In this document: piece by piece, positions 13,399 through 26,016 of the stretch
How positions within the stretch are numbered: the stretch's first letter is position 1
How the letters are laid out: every line of letters starts with the position of its first letter
Assembly (NCBI GenBank): GCA_964035545.1
Contig: OZ037767.1
Coordinates: 23,824,628-23,888,627 of the forward strand
Length of the DNA: 64,000 nt
From: Bugula neritina
Lineage: Eukaryota; Animalia; Bryozoa
Direction: 5' to 3'
Program-made: the position numbers and the translations under genes
Notes under the pieces: generated by a model
Told to the model about the DNA's origin: nothing
Seen by the model: the letters and a program-made list of their open reading frames with translations, nothing else
Databases searched by the model: none

Positions 13399-16300
13399 AT
13401 GGGTTGTGCAGCCTCTGACACCAGCCATTCTCAAACCAAAACCTCAACCAAGCCGGTTGTTAATGGAGTCCATAAAGACAAAACTGAGGAACCTAAAACT
13501 GACGGAGGGAAAACTGAGGATGAAAGAGTGGCAGTTTTCAAGCAGCTGCTTATGGAGAAGCTCATGTCTATAGCTAATGGTAAGCTATAGCATAAAATAT
13601 GGCATTTATGGTTCTTCAATAATTGAAGCTGTGGCTGAAGAAAATTACAGAAAATATATAATTTCAAGTATACATTCCGCTTTAACATTTAGTTTATATG
13701 AACCAATCTCGTTTATCTACCTTATTTTTAACAATTTGAACCTTAAATAGGAAACTTTTACTTGAAAAGTGGATTTCTTTTTGAGTTGGTATTAACTGAG
13801 CAAAAAACTTTTGAAGTAGCACCTTTTATTAACATGAACTACTCGAAGTAAAACATCTAAACTGAAAGGCATATAAATATAAAATATAGTTTTTAAGCCT
13901 ACACTATAGTAATCAGTTAATCAGTTCACACAAACAAAGTTATAAAACTAAGACTGCTTTAAAATATAGATGTTATAAGACACAAAAAACTGACTTTTGG
14001 ATGTCATAAAACTATTACAATAAATCATGTCTTGCATTTTCACTGGTGACCAGATAATATTTGTGTATTTCAATCTGTATGAATGATTAGAATAACTTGC
14101 TTGGCACATAATTGCCTCCAGTACTTTATATCAGGATTAGCTACACTCCGCAGTATGCAGCAAAGCAAACATTTATGTGTTTCTGGATTAAAGTAGGATA
14201 CTGCATGAAGCAGACAACTCCTAAAAAGTAATTGAAACTGAGGACGCTTATAATTACATAATTTGATTTGACAAATAATCTTCAATGTGAAATATTTTGT
14301 GTTGGTATCAGCTACTGCGTAATTAATGTTGTAAATGATGAAGATGGGGGTGTTTAAAATGATGAATTATGTACATTTGACATTAAATACAACAATTAAG
14401 TAATAAACAGTTCTGTGAGAGTAATTAATGATCTGGTACAGATCAATTATCAATGATTGATTGTATTAGTTTCAAACATTATTTAATAATGTTCAGTATA
14501 ATGGTTAGAGCATACTGCACTCTAGAAATACTTTGAATGTTGTTGCATTCAGTAGTCGGCAAAAAGGATACTTATAGTCGTATGCAGAGTGAGAAAATCT
14601 TACAAGGCAGAAAAGTATATAGACTTAAAATTTAAACTTTAATTGAAATTGAACGTTAAGTCATGTTTGTATTTGACTGCAAAGTAATGCATCTTGCACA
14701 CAGTTCAACTTTGCTTCTCTCTCTATCTAATTTGGGTGTTTGCCAGCTAGAAGATTACACAAAACCAATGACTAAATCCATTAAAATTCTCTTATTGTTA
14801 TGTTACATAATGTATGTGTAAAACCATTTGGGGTATTTAAGAAAAACTTTAGTTAGATAACTTCCTGAAAAGATGAATGTGTCTAGTTAACTCTTTCAGA
14901 GCCTCCAATGAAGCCACTCCAACCCGTTGAAGGCACAGAAAGAACAATCTTGGTTCCGAGTATATTCAACTGTCAAGAAACATTGGCTGAACTGAACGAC
15001 ACAGGAATTCCTACCAATTCTAATGTGGTTGTCACATATCTGAAATCCGGTATGTCTGTTTAAGATCTAACTGACCACCCAATAGATGTGAAATGTCATC
15101 TATAAATCAGTATTATATCTAAAAGTGGCTCAGAGAAAATTATTGCTGAAAGTTCCAAAATAGAAATGCTTTAGTTTAGACTTGTAAATTATGCCTGGGA
15201 CTATTTACACTGGTACACATGCTATATACTATAGCCTCTTCTCATCAAGCACCTAAGCAAAGAGAAAATAAATAATACTTGATAATTTTTAAAATTTTCA
15301 TTTGTTTAGGCTGTACTGATAATAAAATAAAAAAGCTATATAATGAAGTTTATAAAAACTAAGATTCTAAACCAATAGTCAGCTAAATATTATACTCTGC
15401 CCTGAAATCATAGGCCCAGCAAAGTTCAATTTGGAAATTCACAAAACTTATATTCTTTATTTTATGCCACAAAACAATTTAGTTTATAAAGTATTTTATT
15501 CGTTCCAATAGTTATTATGTAAGTTTGTGAATCTCAGCAACTACTTTCTCCAAAATCAAATGAGCTATTAAAGTTGACGAAACATTAGCCATATTTATGG
15601 CTCCGCCATCTGTAAAATGGCTGTAGCCTGTGAGGGAAACTAAGCAAGCCTCGAAGTTTAAGACTTTTTGTTTTGCTTACATTGTTGTTTACAGCATCTT
15701 TGTATAGGGCATTGCATAACATACAAGCAGTTGAATGGTAAAAATAATGTAATGTAGCATCAATAGTTTGTTAGTATTTGTATAGCAAAGTTTTCCAGAG
15801 AGTTTCAAGAAGCTGAATTAAAAACATTAAAGCAAAGCATAATTTTGGTTCAAAAAGATCTTTGCTAAAAACATAAATTGTTGCAAACCTTGTTTAAAGA
15901 CTGGACAAGATATAGATTGACAACTAGGGTCTAGTTCTATAAATGTTTACATTTTTATAATTGAACTCGTACTGCTTTCCAGTGCTTTTACTTTTACTAT
16001 AAAAATTAAATAAAATGTACTAAAGAAAGATCAAGAGTGAAAGTTCAATGTACTGGCTGTAAGTGATAGGTTGTAGCTTCAAAGGAAAGCATAAAACAAA
16101 GATTAAACAAGAACATAAACGAGATATGGGTGCATACACTTGTTTTTATATTATATTCGCTAATTGAAAGCATCCAGCACACTGAAACTAGCAGCCAATT
16201 TATTATGCAACTGCAACTTTTGATGTGTTTCATACAGGTGTAATGCTCAAATGTTCTGTGGTATGTGCAGGTTTATCCCACTGGTCATGGCTACTGTACC

Positions 16301-18855
16301 AAATGTTTCAACATGTTATGAAAAACAAGTGCATGCTCAACTGTATCATCTGACTCATTTTACAGCAGAGTCTGTCACGTGATACTTTGTCTGCCAGTAG
16401 AGCGCTAAAACATAGGTTTCTGGTCGTTTGATCAGTGACATCACAGCCATTGTTATGCAGATGACGAAAATATGACACAAAGCTTTATTGCTTCATAGCC
16501 ATTGAAATGACAAAAGCAATTAAATGTTAAGAAATACCAGCACTAACTTTATTTGCAATATTTTTTCATCTTGAGCCTGCACATGCCTTGCTAACAGCTT
16601 AGCATGAATTTAAACAACCTTGAATACACTAATAGTTGTTAATACCTTCATCAACTTTGTATAAGTTACACATCTACAAATAAGAAGCATCTATATTGTG
16701 TGGGCACATGGGCTTTTGCAACAGATTTCTACGTGACATAAAGATATCAGGGCTGACAGAGAAAGTAAATGTCAAATTGCCAAATCAGCAGCAGCAGTTG
16801 CAACAGCAGCAGCAGTAGCAGCAGTAGAAGCAGTAGCAGTAGTAGCAGCAGCAGTAGCAGCAGTAGTAGTAGTAGTAGTAGTAGTAGTAGCAGTAGCAGC
16901 AGCAGTAGCAGCAGTAGAAGCAGTAGCAGTAGCAGCAGTAGAAGCAGCAACAGCAGCAGCAGTAGCAGCAACAACAGCACTGTATGCTGTTTTTGCTTTA
17001 TCTAATCAACTCACATGCAACTTTTAGGTACTCACTGGGTATGGGAGCTGATGAAAATGTTGAAGAAAGGACAGGCCGTTGCAGATGGTATTCCAAAAGA
17101 AATGGGTCATTTAGAGTTTTTCCCTCCTAGCGTTCTCAGAAAAATCAATGGTAGTGACATGCCAGTGTATGCCACACATTTCCCACTTTGGTGTCTACCC
17201 AAGTCTTCTTACACCAACTCACAACTGGGTGAGTTACGATAGTTGGCCAGCTTTATTACTAAGCCTGAGTAAATTTCTGGTGTCTTTACCAAGGTGGTGT
17301 GAAAACACTAATCATAGTGAAGATAAATTCTACTGCTAGACTCTAGAGCATTAAAAAACAAGCAGCTCATTTTATCAATTTATAATATTAACTCTTTAAA
17401 CTTATTATTTGGATATTGGTCACAAACAATTAAGATGATTCTGAAATTTGAAATGTAAACACATATTTGTGTGCATAAATGTGTGTGTGCATGCCTGCGT
17501 GGTGAGTGCGTGCGCGCGCGTGCGTGTGTGTGTGTGGGCAGGTTTGCCGTATACGCGTGTGAGGTGCACACAAGTGTGTATAAGAATATCAACTAACTTT
17601 AAATTTATTGTCATTACAGTTTATGTATACCGGAACCCTAAGGACGTCTGCGTCTCTCTGTTTTACCATTTCCAAGGCATGTCAGAAGCAAACCCAAAAG
17701 ATTTTCCTCCACTCTCATTTGATCAGCTGTTTGAAATGTTCATGGGACCCTCTGAAGCCAGTATGTATTCATGTTGTATGGCATGACCTCTTGTAGATCT
17801 CTTCAATAGTTTCGTTGTGAATTCTCGTGATGCACTCTGTCATTTATATTCGTGTTCATGTTACTGCTTCCATTTTTTTCTTATGTCTTTTTTTTTATAT
17901 TTGACTTTTTTGCAATTTTGTTGTTGTTGCTGGAATCATTTTTTAGCACAAAAAAGTAAAATATTGAATGTTTTTTTTTAAATAACATGACAGCCACCTG
18001 CAGGTTATCTTACAACAGTTTTGACACGGCTCAACAAGTGGAACAAAAAGTCTAGGTTACTTTTGTGACGTGTACAAGGTTCGAGAGTGACTAAAAAAAG
18101 TAACAGAGCACTCTAGATTATCGCAAGTAATCATAGACTCACAAAGTTATGTAATAATTTTCTAGATTTGATGGGAAGCTGGTTTGATCACGTGGCTGAC
18201 TACTGGGATAACCACAGAACAAATGCCAACATTCTGTGTGTGATGTATGAGCAACTGAAAAAGGTGTAGTGATTTGCTTTACCACCTTCTGTCTATATTC
18301 TATAGCATAAAATGAGAACCTAATTGAATTTTTTCATTCTAATAAGTCTGAATACTTGCTTAATGAAAACTAAAAACTTTTTTTAGGACCCAGTAGCAGA
18401 AATTAAGCGGATAGATGAGCACATTGGAAGTGGTGCAACTGACGAGTTGGTACAGGAAGTGATGGATGCAACCTCTTTCAAGACATTAAAGAAGACAAAA
18501 GAATCATCTGAACAGCATATAGCCTTCTTGTTTAAGGGCACAATGTATAGAAAAGGGGTGGGTAGGCACGTCACCTATTTGAATATAAGCAATTTTACTG
18601 TAGGCTACAACTGACATCTTATACATAAAATTGTATTTAAATATAACTTCAGTTGTATATTTTTTCATATTCATAATAAGTATTATAATATATTAATATT
18701 TGAAAATTGGTATTAATGTTTATTAACTATACATACAGGAAGTGGGAGATTGGAAAAACTACTTCAGTGATGAACAAAGCAGACGTCTGGATGAGAGACT
18801 TGAGCAGTGGCAGAAGGAAAGAGCAGAACCCGTGCCGCTAATATTTGAATTGTAA
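13399..18855 (+). CDS. Cytosolic-type (SULT1-like) PAPS-dependent sulfotransferase with an N-terminal MGCAAS extension
   Basis: Exons 13399-13579, 14900-15049, 17028-17228, 17620-17760, 18166-18263, 18387-18557 and 18739-18855 splice in frame. Motifs: 5'-PSB TYLKSGTHW, catalytic His in ATHFP, 3'-PB YRNPKDVCVS, GSWFDHV, YEQLKKD, RKGEVGDWKNYF. Confidence 0.93.
16786..16980. repeat. (AGC/AGT)n trinucleotide repeat in SULT intron 2
   Basis: Read directly; it generates the spurious poly-L and poly-S ORFs. Confidence 0.95.
17480..17535. repeat. Alternating purine-pyrimidine (TG/CG) tract in SULT intron 3
   Basis: tgtgtgtgtgcatg...gtgcgtgcgcgcgcgtgcgtgtgtgtgtgtg. Confidence 0.85.
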
Positions 18856-19949
18856 ACACGGCAAACGTCCGGCCATGTTGACATTATTTTAATCATTTTT
18901 AGTCGGTGGATATTTTGGTTTTAAAATATTTTTTCATTGCTATTCCACAGTTAGTTGAAAGACAAATACTTTGTAATTGATGAACAACTAAAAATAATGT
19001 AGAAATCAATTTCCTAGAGTTATAGCTTTCTTTGAAGGCTTGCAACATCAGTTGGACTCTTGCAGTTTCTACACAAAAACGCAACTTATTGTTGGCTGGC
19101 TCTGTTACCACGTGATAATCATTTGACTATATTTATAAAAGATATATATTTTTACTCTTGATGAAATAAATACAGTAGAGGACAGTGCCTTTAACCTTTA
19201 ACCTTTACCATGTCAATCATTTAACTTTTATTTGCTTGTATTTCTATAAATACATTTAGTTCCATTGCACTTTTTATTGTTTGTATAGACAGTTTTCTTA
19301 TAAAATACACTCCAAGCCATATTTATTTAATAAGTTTAATATTGTATATTTAAAGACTTGATGTTTACTTTATTTGAAAAATACAGAAAGCTGCAAAAAC
19401 ACAAGGCATTTTATTTTCAATCTGATTTTATTTGCAACCTCAAAAAGCTTAAATATCTTCTACCACCTAAATTCTTCTGAATCATTGAAAAGTTTAGTAT
19501 TTTTAAAGTTTTACCAACATAATGTTTACAGAAATATATGCTACAAAAATAGTCAAAAAAGCATAACTTAAAAATTAATTGTACTTACACTAACCGTCAA
19601 TACAACTTCATTTTCCCATAACACAAAATTCATGCTTGGTAGCAAAAAGTTGTCAATGCAAGACTTTTCTTATTTAAAATATACTGGTAACCATTTTAGA
19701 AACTTCAAAATTCTTTGACATAGTTAGAAGCTTAATAGAAAATAATCTCGACTCAGCATAATTTTGCTAGACACGGTAAAAATGTATTTTGTACAAACAT
19801 CTTTTGCACATTTTATGAATAAAAACAATGCCAGAAAATACATAACAATATGCCAGTAGATGCAATAGTAAAATAGCTAAAACTATATGATTAATAAAAT
19901 AATGCATGTAAAGAAACATTCAACAACCATAGACAGTATGTTGAAAGAC

Positions 19950-22900
19950 CTAATATCCTTTTGAGAAACTATCATACCACGGTAAGTTGGTAATATCAAC
20001 ATTTCCTCCGCACACAATAACTCCCACTTTCTTTATGTCGGCAGGAAGTGAAGCCATCTTGTCTGTAAACAAAGCAGCAACAGCAGCACCGGCAGCAGCT
20101 TCTATTACTTGCTAATAAATAGAATTTGATAATATTTTATGAAAATATTTGAATTTAGTATAAAGGACAAAAATGCTTTAATACTAAAAAATGGGTGTGG
20201 AGTCATGCCATGGTGCAAATCTGTACATTACCTGTCATTAAATTTCAACATTCATCCGTAGATAAAGCTTAAATTACCTTCATGCGATGAAATGAAAACT
20301 TCATTGCTTCAATCATTTCTTCATCGGACTATAAAAAATAATGTTGGTATAACATGTGTAGCCTACACAGATATCATATATATTGAACTATAATTAGAAT
20401 ATTTCTTGCCTTCAAAATTTAGGAAAAAACAAATAGTAGTACATAGTTGATGGAGCACGAGTTATTAGGTATTGGAGTTATGTACTCATGACATATAAAA
20501 ACTAAAATCTGCATATTTATGCTAGAATATTGTGTTTGATAGAATTTGGTTCTTACAATCTCAAACACTTCTTTCTCCGCAACCTCTTGTAGAATCTTGA
20601 AGGTATTGTGGCCAGCTTGCTGTAGTTTAATTCCCTCAGCTATAGTGTCAAGAAATTGGGGAGGGTTTGGCCACTCCCTCTCTCCAGAACGTAGGCACTG
20701 CTCCATCATCTTGCCTTTAATACAAAGTTACAGTCTATTGTATACACCAGCAATTTATGAATGGGTCATATGTTTCTAAGCTCCGCACTATGAGAATGGA
20801 TTTTTCATTCGATGTTTTGAAACTGTTGTATCCAATGAAACCTTAGCCATAAATTCTTGCCCACTGCAACCACAAATTCATCTGTACAAGCATCCACTCG
20901 AATAATGAAAAATAATGGAAACGCAATGATAGCCCAGACCTAATGATCACCTCAGAATATAAGCATTAACATAATAATCAACAACGTTGTCTTATTATTT
21001 ATATATGCACGAGTCATACTTCAAATCAGACACACTTTTAGTTTCGAAATCTAAGAGATAGAATTATATTCTTGAGTGACTTCTTACCAGTTCACGAGTT
21101 TATCTATTAATTTATATTATAGTGATTACTCATCTAAATGTTGCTCCCTGCTTAGACTGAATATAATTATCAAACATAGATTAGGTGACTACACCTTTCA
21201 CCTACCTAACGGTGTTACTAGGTACACCCTGCAAGATGGTCTCAGCGCTTTTATTGCCACTCCAATACCAGAGGCCAAACCTCCACCACTCATAGAAACC
21301 AGTATAGCGTCCACATCTGGTACCTGCTCCAGTAGCTCTAGCCCAATTGTTCCCTTTAATAACACATCTTTGAAATACTATTATGTAATTGAGCTGTATA
21401 AACATAAAAAACAACGTACAAGCTTTTCACCTTCCACATGTAATTTTTGCCCGATCTAAAAAATTGAACCAACCACTGACATGCTGCAAAATAGCATCAT
21501 TTTTCAAATATAAAATAAAAACGTAAAAGTAGAAATAAAATGAACAAACATTTTTTAGTTTATTACTTGAACCACTACTGACGTACACTTTGCACATTCT
21601 GCTATAATATCAGAGCTATCACATACACTTTACCTGTCCAGCTATAATATCACAGCTATCACATGCACTTTACCTGTCCAGCTATAATATCAGAGTTATC
21701 ACATCCACTTTACCTGTCCAGCTATAATATCAGGGCTATCACATACACTTTACCTGTCCAGCTATAATATCAGGGCTATCACATACACTTTACCTGTCCA
21801 GCTATAATATCAGGGTCATCACATGAGCTGATGTACACTTTGCCCGTCTCCTTACATACTTTCTGCATAGCCTCAATCCTGAAAACATATAAAAAATATT
21901 TTCAACAGCTTGTTTAATTTTACTGCTTTTTATCATATGAACTAAATTTACATACAGTAATGTGAACGTTGTATAGCAAATAAAATCACATAAACAATGC
22001 TACTGATTTAGCAGGTTAATGTCTTTTGCATTATTCAAAGATGTACAAGTTTCATTGAGTTTGTTTTTAACTTGAATAAAACAAGTTATATAAAAGTGAA
22101 AAATTGGATGATAAAAGGAAGCTGTAAATGTGTTGAAAACATTTTATATTAACACTAGCAAAGCTTGTTAAATTACCAAAATATATATATATTCTAGTTT
22201 CAGTTATATCGCAATCAACTCTGTGGTCATTTCCAAAGTATTCTTTAATCTGAGTTATACAAAATGTATCTCTCACTTATACCTGCCACTTGGAGTTGGA
22301 TAACACTCGATCAACTCCGCACCAAATCTCTTGATGGCATCCATCTTGCAGGCAGGAGTGCCTTTAGGTACGATAATAGTGCAGGGTAGACCTACCACAC
22401 TTGCTGCTCGGGCTAAGGCTTGTCCATGGTTACCACTGCTATGAGTCACCTACAAGCATCTTACAGTTTGAAAGTATTTTATTATTATGCATCTTTTCTG
22501 AGATTTAAATTTTCTGCTACTTTACTATTATAAAATTAGTTTAAATTGTGCAGAACTCATCAAATAAAAACCTAAAGTTAAAGATGTTTTTGGCTCCGTA
22601 ATTACATTAGAATTGATCAGTAAGCTAAATTTTTTGCCAGAACAATTTGCTTGATTACACTTAAATATTTAATATATTATAAAGTTTTGAAGTTTGGACA
22701 ACATTTTGAACATAAACTACTGGCATTAAAAATGTGGATCTTGGAAGTCACAATACCAGCATGTCTCAACTAAAACCTATAGCTGATGGTGTCATCATAT
22801 TTTAAATTGTTGGGTTAAAAAATTATAAAAACATACAATACTGTAAATTAATATAGTTAAGAGGTCATTTGAAATGCATAGAGAACTATAAACTTGTATA

Positions 22901-23984
22901 GAAAATTATTTATAAGTGAAGTCATTGAAATTTCCACAAAAAATCATAATATTAACAACTTAAAGCGCCAGAGATTATTGTAATTATCATATAAAATATC
23001 AATGCATTGTATTCAAAATTTAAATTCAAGCACAGTCATTTAAATACTGTATTAAACTATTGAAAAATAACCAGCTAAAATATAATGATGTCAGTAGTAT
23101 AGTTCATATATACACTATGTAACTATTACCACTCTCTATAAATGTAATGCACCATGTCTGCTACAACTTATACTTTACAGAGAAGTGTTGAGTTACACTG
23201 AACATACCACTCCTGGGTGTTTCACACCTTCTTTATCACTTTTACTTTTCAGCAGTGCCACCTGTCGAAAATAGTGTATATCATTAGAACAATCATTCAA
23301 TGGAAGCTAAATTGATGAGAGTCAAAACATTCAACACTTTTTAATCGTCCATAAACTCCTATAGATCTATGCTAGACAAAATACACACATATTAGAGCTA
23401 AATAGTCATGGTGTGTATCAGTCGCACAGCACAGTATTGAAAGGAACTCTGTGCTTTGTAATCACTCAGTAGGCGTAGTATTGGGATTCAATGTTTTAAT
23501 AGGTGTATTCTTGTTAGTTAGCAAACTAGTCGCTGTTGTGGGTCTCTAATCTACTTTACCCCCCCCCTCCCTCCTTAAAGTTAAACATTATTGCAGGAAC
23601 TGCAGTAGATAACGAGCATTTTTGAATTCTGAAAAAAATTGCTGTGCAACTAAAACACAAGACACGGCCGTAACTCACAGCGTCTTGGATACCATCTTCA
23701 TACCTCAACTATAAGCATTGAATGTGCACAGTGTTTTACAAGTAAGAGTGTATACTGATCACAAGTTACAAACTCACAGCATTTAGAGCTCCTCTAATCT
23801 TGAAAGCACCCGTAGACTGAAGATGTTCTGCCTTGAAGTACACTTGTCTACCAGTCAGTCTATCTGCCTCGGAACACTGTAATACCGGTGTGTACTTCAC
23901 TTGACCTTTTATTCTCTCTCTGGCTTCTTGAATGTCTTTCAGTGTCACCAGATCCATATCTACAGTCATATTTAATTTTATCAT
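19950..23984 (-). CDS. SRR: Serine/aspartate racemase family enzyme, copy A (loop SSC, candidate aspartate racemase)
   Basis: Eight exons: 23984-23778, 23261-23208, 22449-22283, 21878-21794, 21353-21206, 20714-20557, 20328-20278, 20111-19950. Motifs: PLP lysine TGAFKIRGA, THSSGNHGQA, IAGQGTIGLE, SGGGL, TIAEG, CGGNVD. The start could instead be the ATG at 23969. Confidence 0.92.
21601..21815. repeat. 40-bp tandem repeat (5 full units plus a partial unit) made from the 3' end of racemase A exon 4 and its donor site
   Basis: Unit gctataatatcagagctatcacatacactttacctgtcca; on the minus strand each unit carries GGACAG|GTAAAG. Confidence 0.95.
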
Positions 23985-24971
23985 AGCCTTTGCTCTAGAC
24001 AAGGCTATGGGATTACATATTACACATAGGGAGGGGGTTTTGTCACTAGGTCTTTAGGCTATTTATTAGCTCTTAGTCCTTGAAAATCTAATATCTAATT
24101 GCAACCAGTTGCTGCCATTATCATTTTAACTCTTTACACAGGGGTATATAATATACTTTTAGTACTGTATACCCATACTAAAACAAACAGTGATACGTAT
24201 ACATTTACTACTCATGCTACAACACACAGAAGTATTTACTTTTATTCCTGGTAGTGCAAATAGCTTGATGTTTCACGTATTATTTTTGAATTTTGCAGTT
24301 CCAGTCTGAAACTTGACTTTACAATCAGAGATACTGATAGGGTTAGGCATATACTTTTACTGTTATATAATTCAATAACAATGACATTCAGTGATTTACA
24401 GTGATAGATATAATGATATAATTAAATTAATATTATGGCTATAGTCTACACTCTAACTATAAATATAAGAAACTGAAAGTGAAAGTTATTCACATAACAT
24501 ACTGATACTCGTACTGATAGTGATACCCTTGCAGAGGCTTGAGCCTCTTACAGTTATACTCACTCACTAGCTGATACTTGTCGCAGATCTACTGTATAGT
24601 ACACTTTTCATTTGCTAACTAAAACCTGGTGTTTGTATCATGTGCACAAGTAGCTACTAGTTATATACTACTGCGTTATCTATTAGTATTGTGCAGCTAG
24701 CAGTGTTTCAATGCTTTAGAATTAAGATCTTCAATTGAACAAAGCATTGACATCGGTGCGAATACTAAGACGCTCTTTATTCATGTCGATTCTACGTAGA
24801 TTCCAGGCTATACTTATAGGAACGTGATACGCATCACGATAATATGAATATGCAGTAGTAACTGTATAATGTGGGCAGCTGCAAGCCATATTCATTGAAG
24901 TGGCAGTTCAAGAAGCGACCAATAAGCATCAGGATAATTTGAAAAAGCCCGGCATGGTGAATGTAAAACAT

Positions 24972-25178
24972 AGTACTGTGTTATTGTCACATGGTATAGC
25001 ATATTGTTGTGTTATTGTCACATGGTAGAACTATAACATGCTATGTTATTGTCACATGATATAATAGTATACTGTGTTATTGTCGCATGATACAATATTA
25101 TAAAGCGTTATTGTCACATGATATAATATTATACTGTGTTATTGTCACATGGTCTAACATACTGGGTTAGTGTCACAA
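24972..25178. repeat. ~30-bp tandem repeat (tactgtgttattgtcacatggtat...), about 7 degenerate units between the racemase paralogues
   Basis: The core gttattgtcacatg recurs about every 30 bp. Confidence 0.9.
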
Positions 25179-26016
25179 ATATTGCCGAATTATGCAGTTG
25201 ATAAAATGCTCATGATCATAAATATGTAAACAATATTTTCAGGTTTCAAAAAGGCATATGTTGGAAGTATTAATTATTTCCATAAGGTTACAAATGAGTA
25301 TGTATGCGGGTTGTCTAATTGATTCTCCCTACCACTACAGGTTAGATAGTAGTTAACTAGTTATGATATTAACAATAATGACTTAGCACCTTGGTAAGGT
25401 TTATTGCGGCTTTCATGACTCTAGCTTCTAATCCAAGTGGAACCTTTTCGCATGAAATAAAACAACCATGTGCCCAACTATAGATTGAAAATACAGTAAG
25501 CCCAAGTCAGGCAAAAATCTGTATCATGACATCTAAGACAATTTCTGTCCTGAACCAAATTAGGAAAAATAACAAAAATTTGAGCTGATATCTGTGCAGT
25601 GGATTTTTGTCCGGGCAATGGAAAACAGCAGCTGAGTTTTATATGGAGTCTGGCTTTTAACATGAAACTTGACGATAACACTATGCTGATTTGACCAGAA
25701 AAATTAGAATTTATTTTCAATAAAGTATTAAAATGTGGGAGCGAGCAAAAGGTATATAAAAGTTCCATATTACACATAAATAGGTATATAATATAATATA
25801 TAAACAAAAACATTTTGCTAACCTAATATTCCACTGAGGAATGTAACAAGTGCTAGAGGTGTGACGCAACAAAATAGCAACAGCATAAAGTACTAGCTTA
25901 GTTGTGAAATATAATTTTCAGCAGTATCAAAGTATGAACTGCACAGAAGTAGAACTGAAAATAAATTTATTTATATTTTACAACATTCAACAACACTGGA
26001 CAGTATGTTGAAAGAC

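Noticed and set aside
16747-17005. Poly-Leu and poly-Ser ORFs
   Set aside because: Intronic trinucleotide microsatellite.
21601-21815. Regularly spaced repeats resembling a CRISPR array
   Set aside because: The units are contiguous with no unique spacers, derive from a splice junction of a spliced animal gene, and no cas genes are present.
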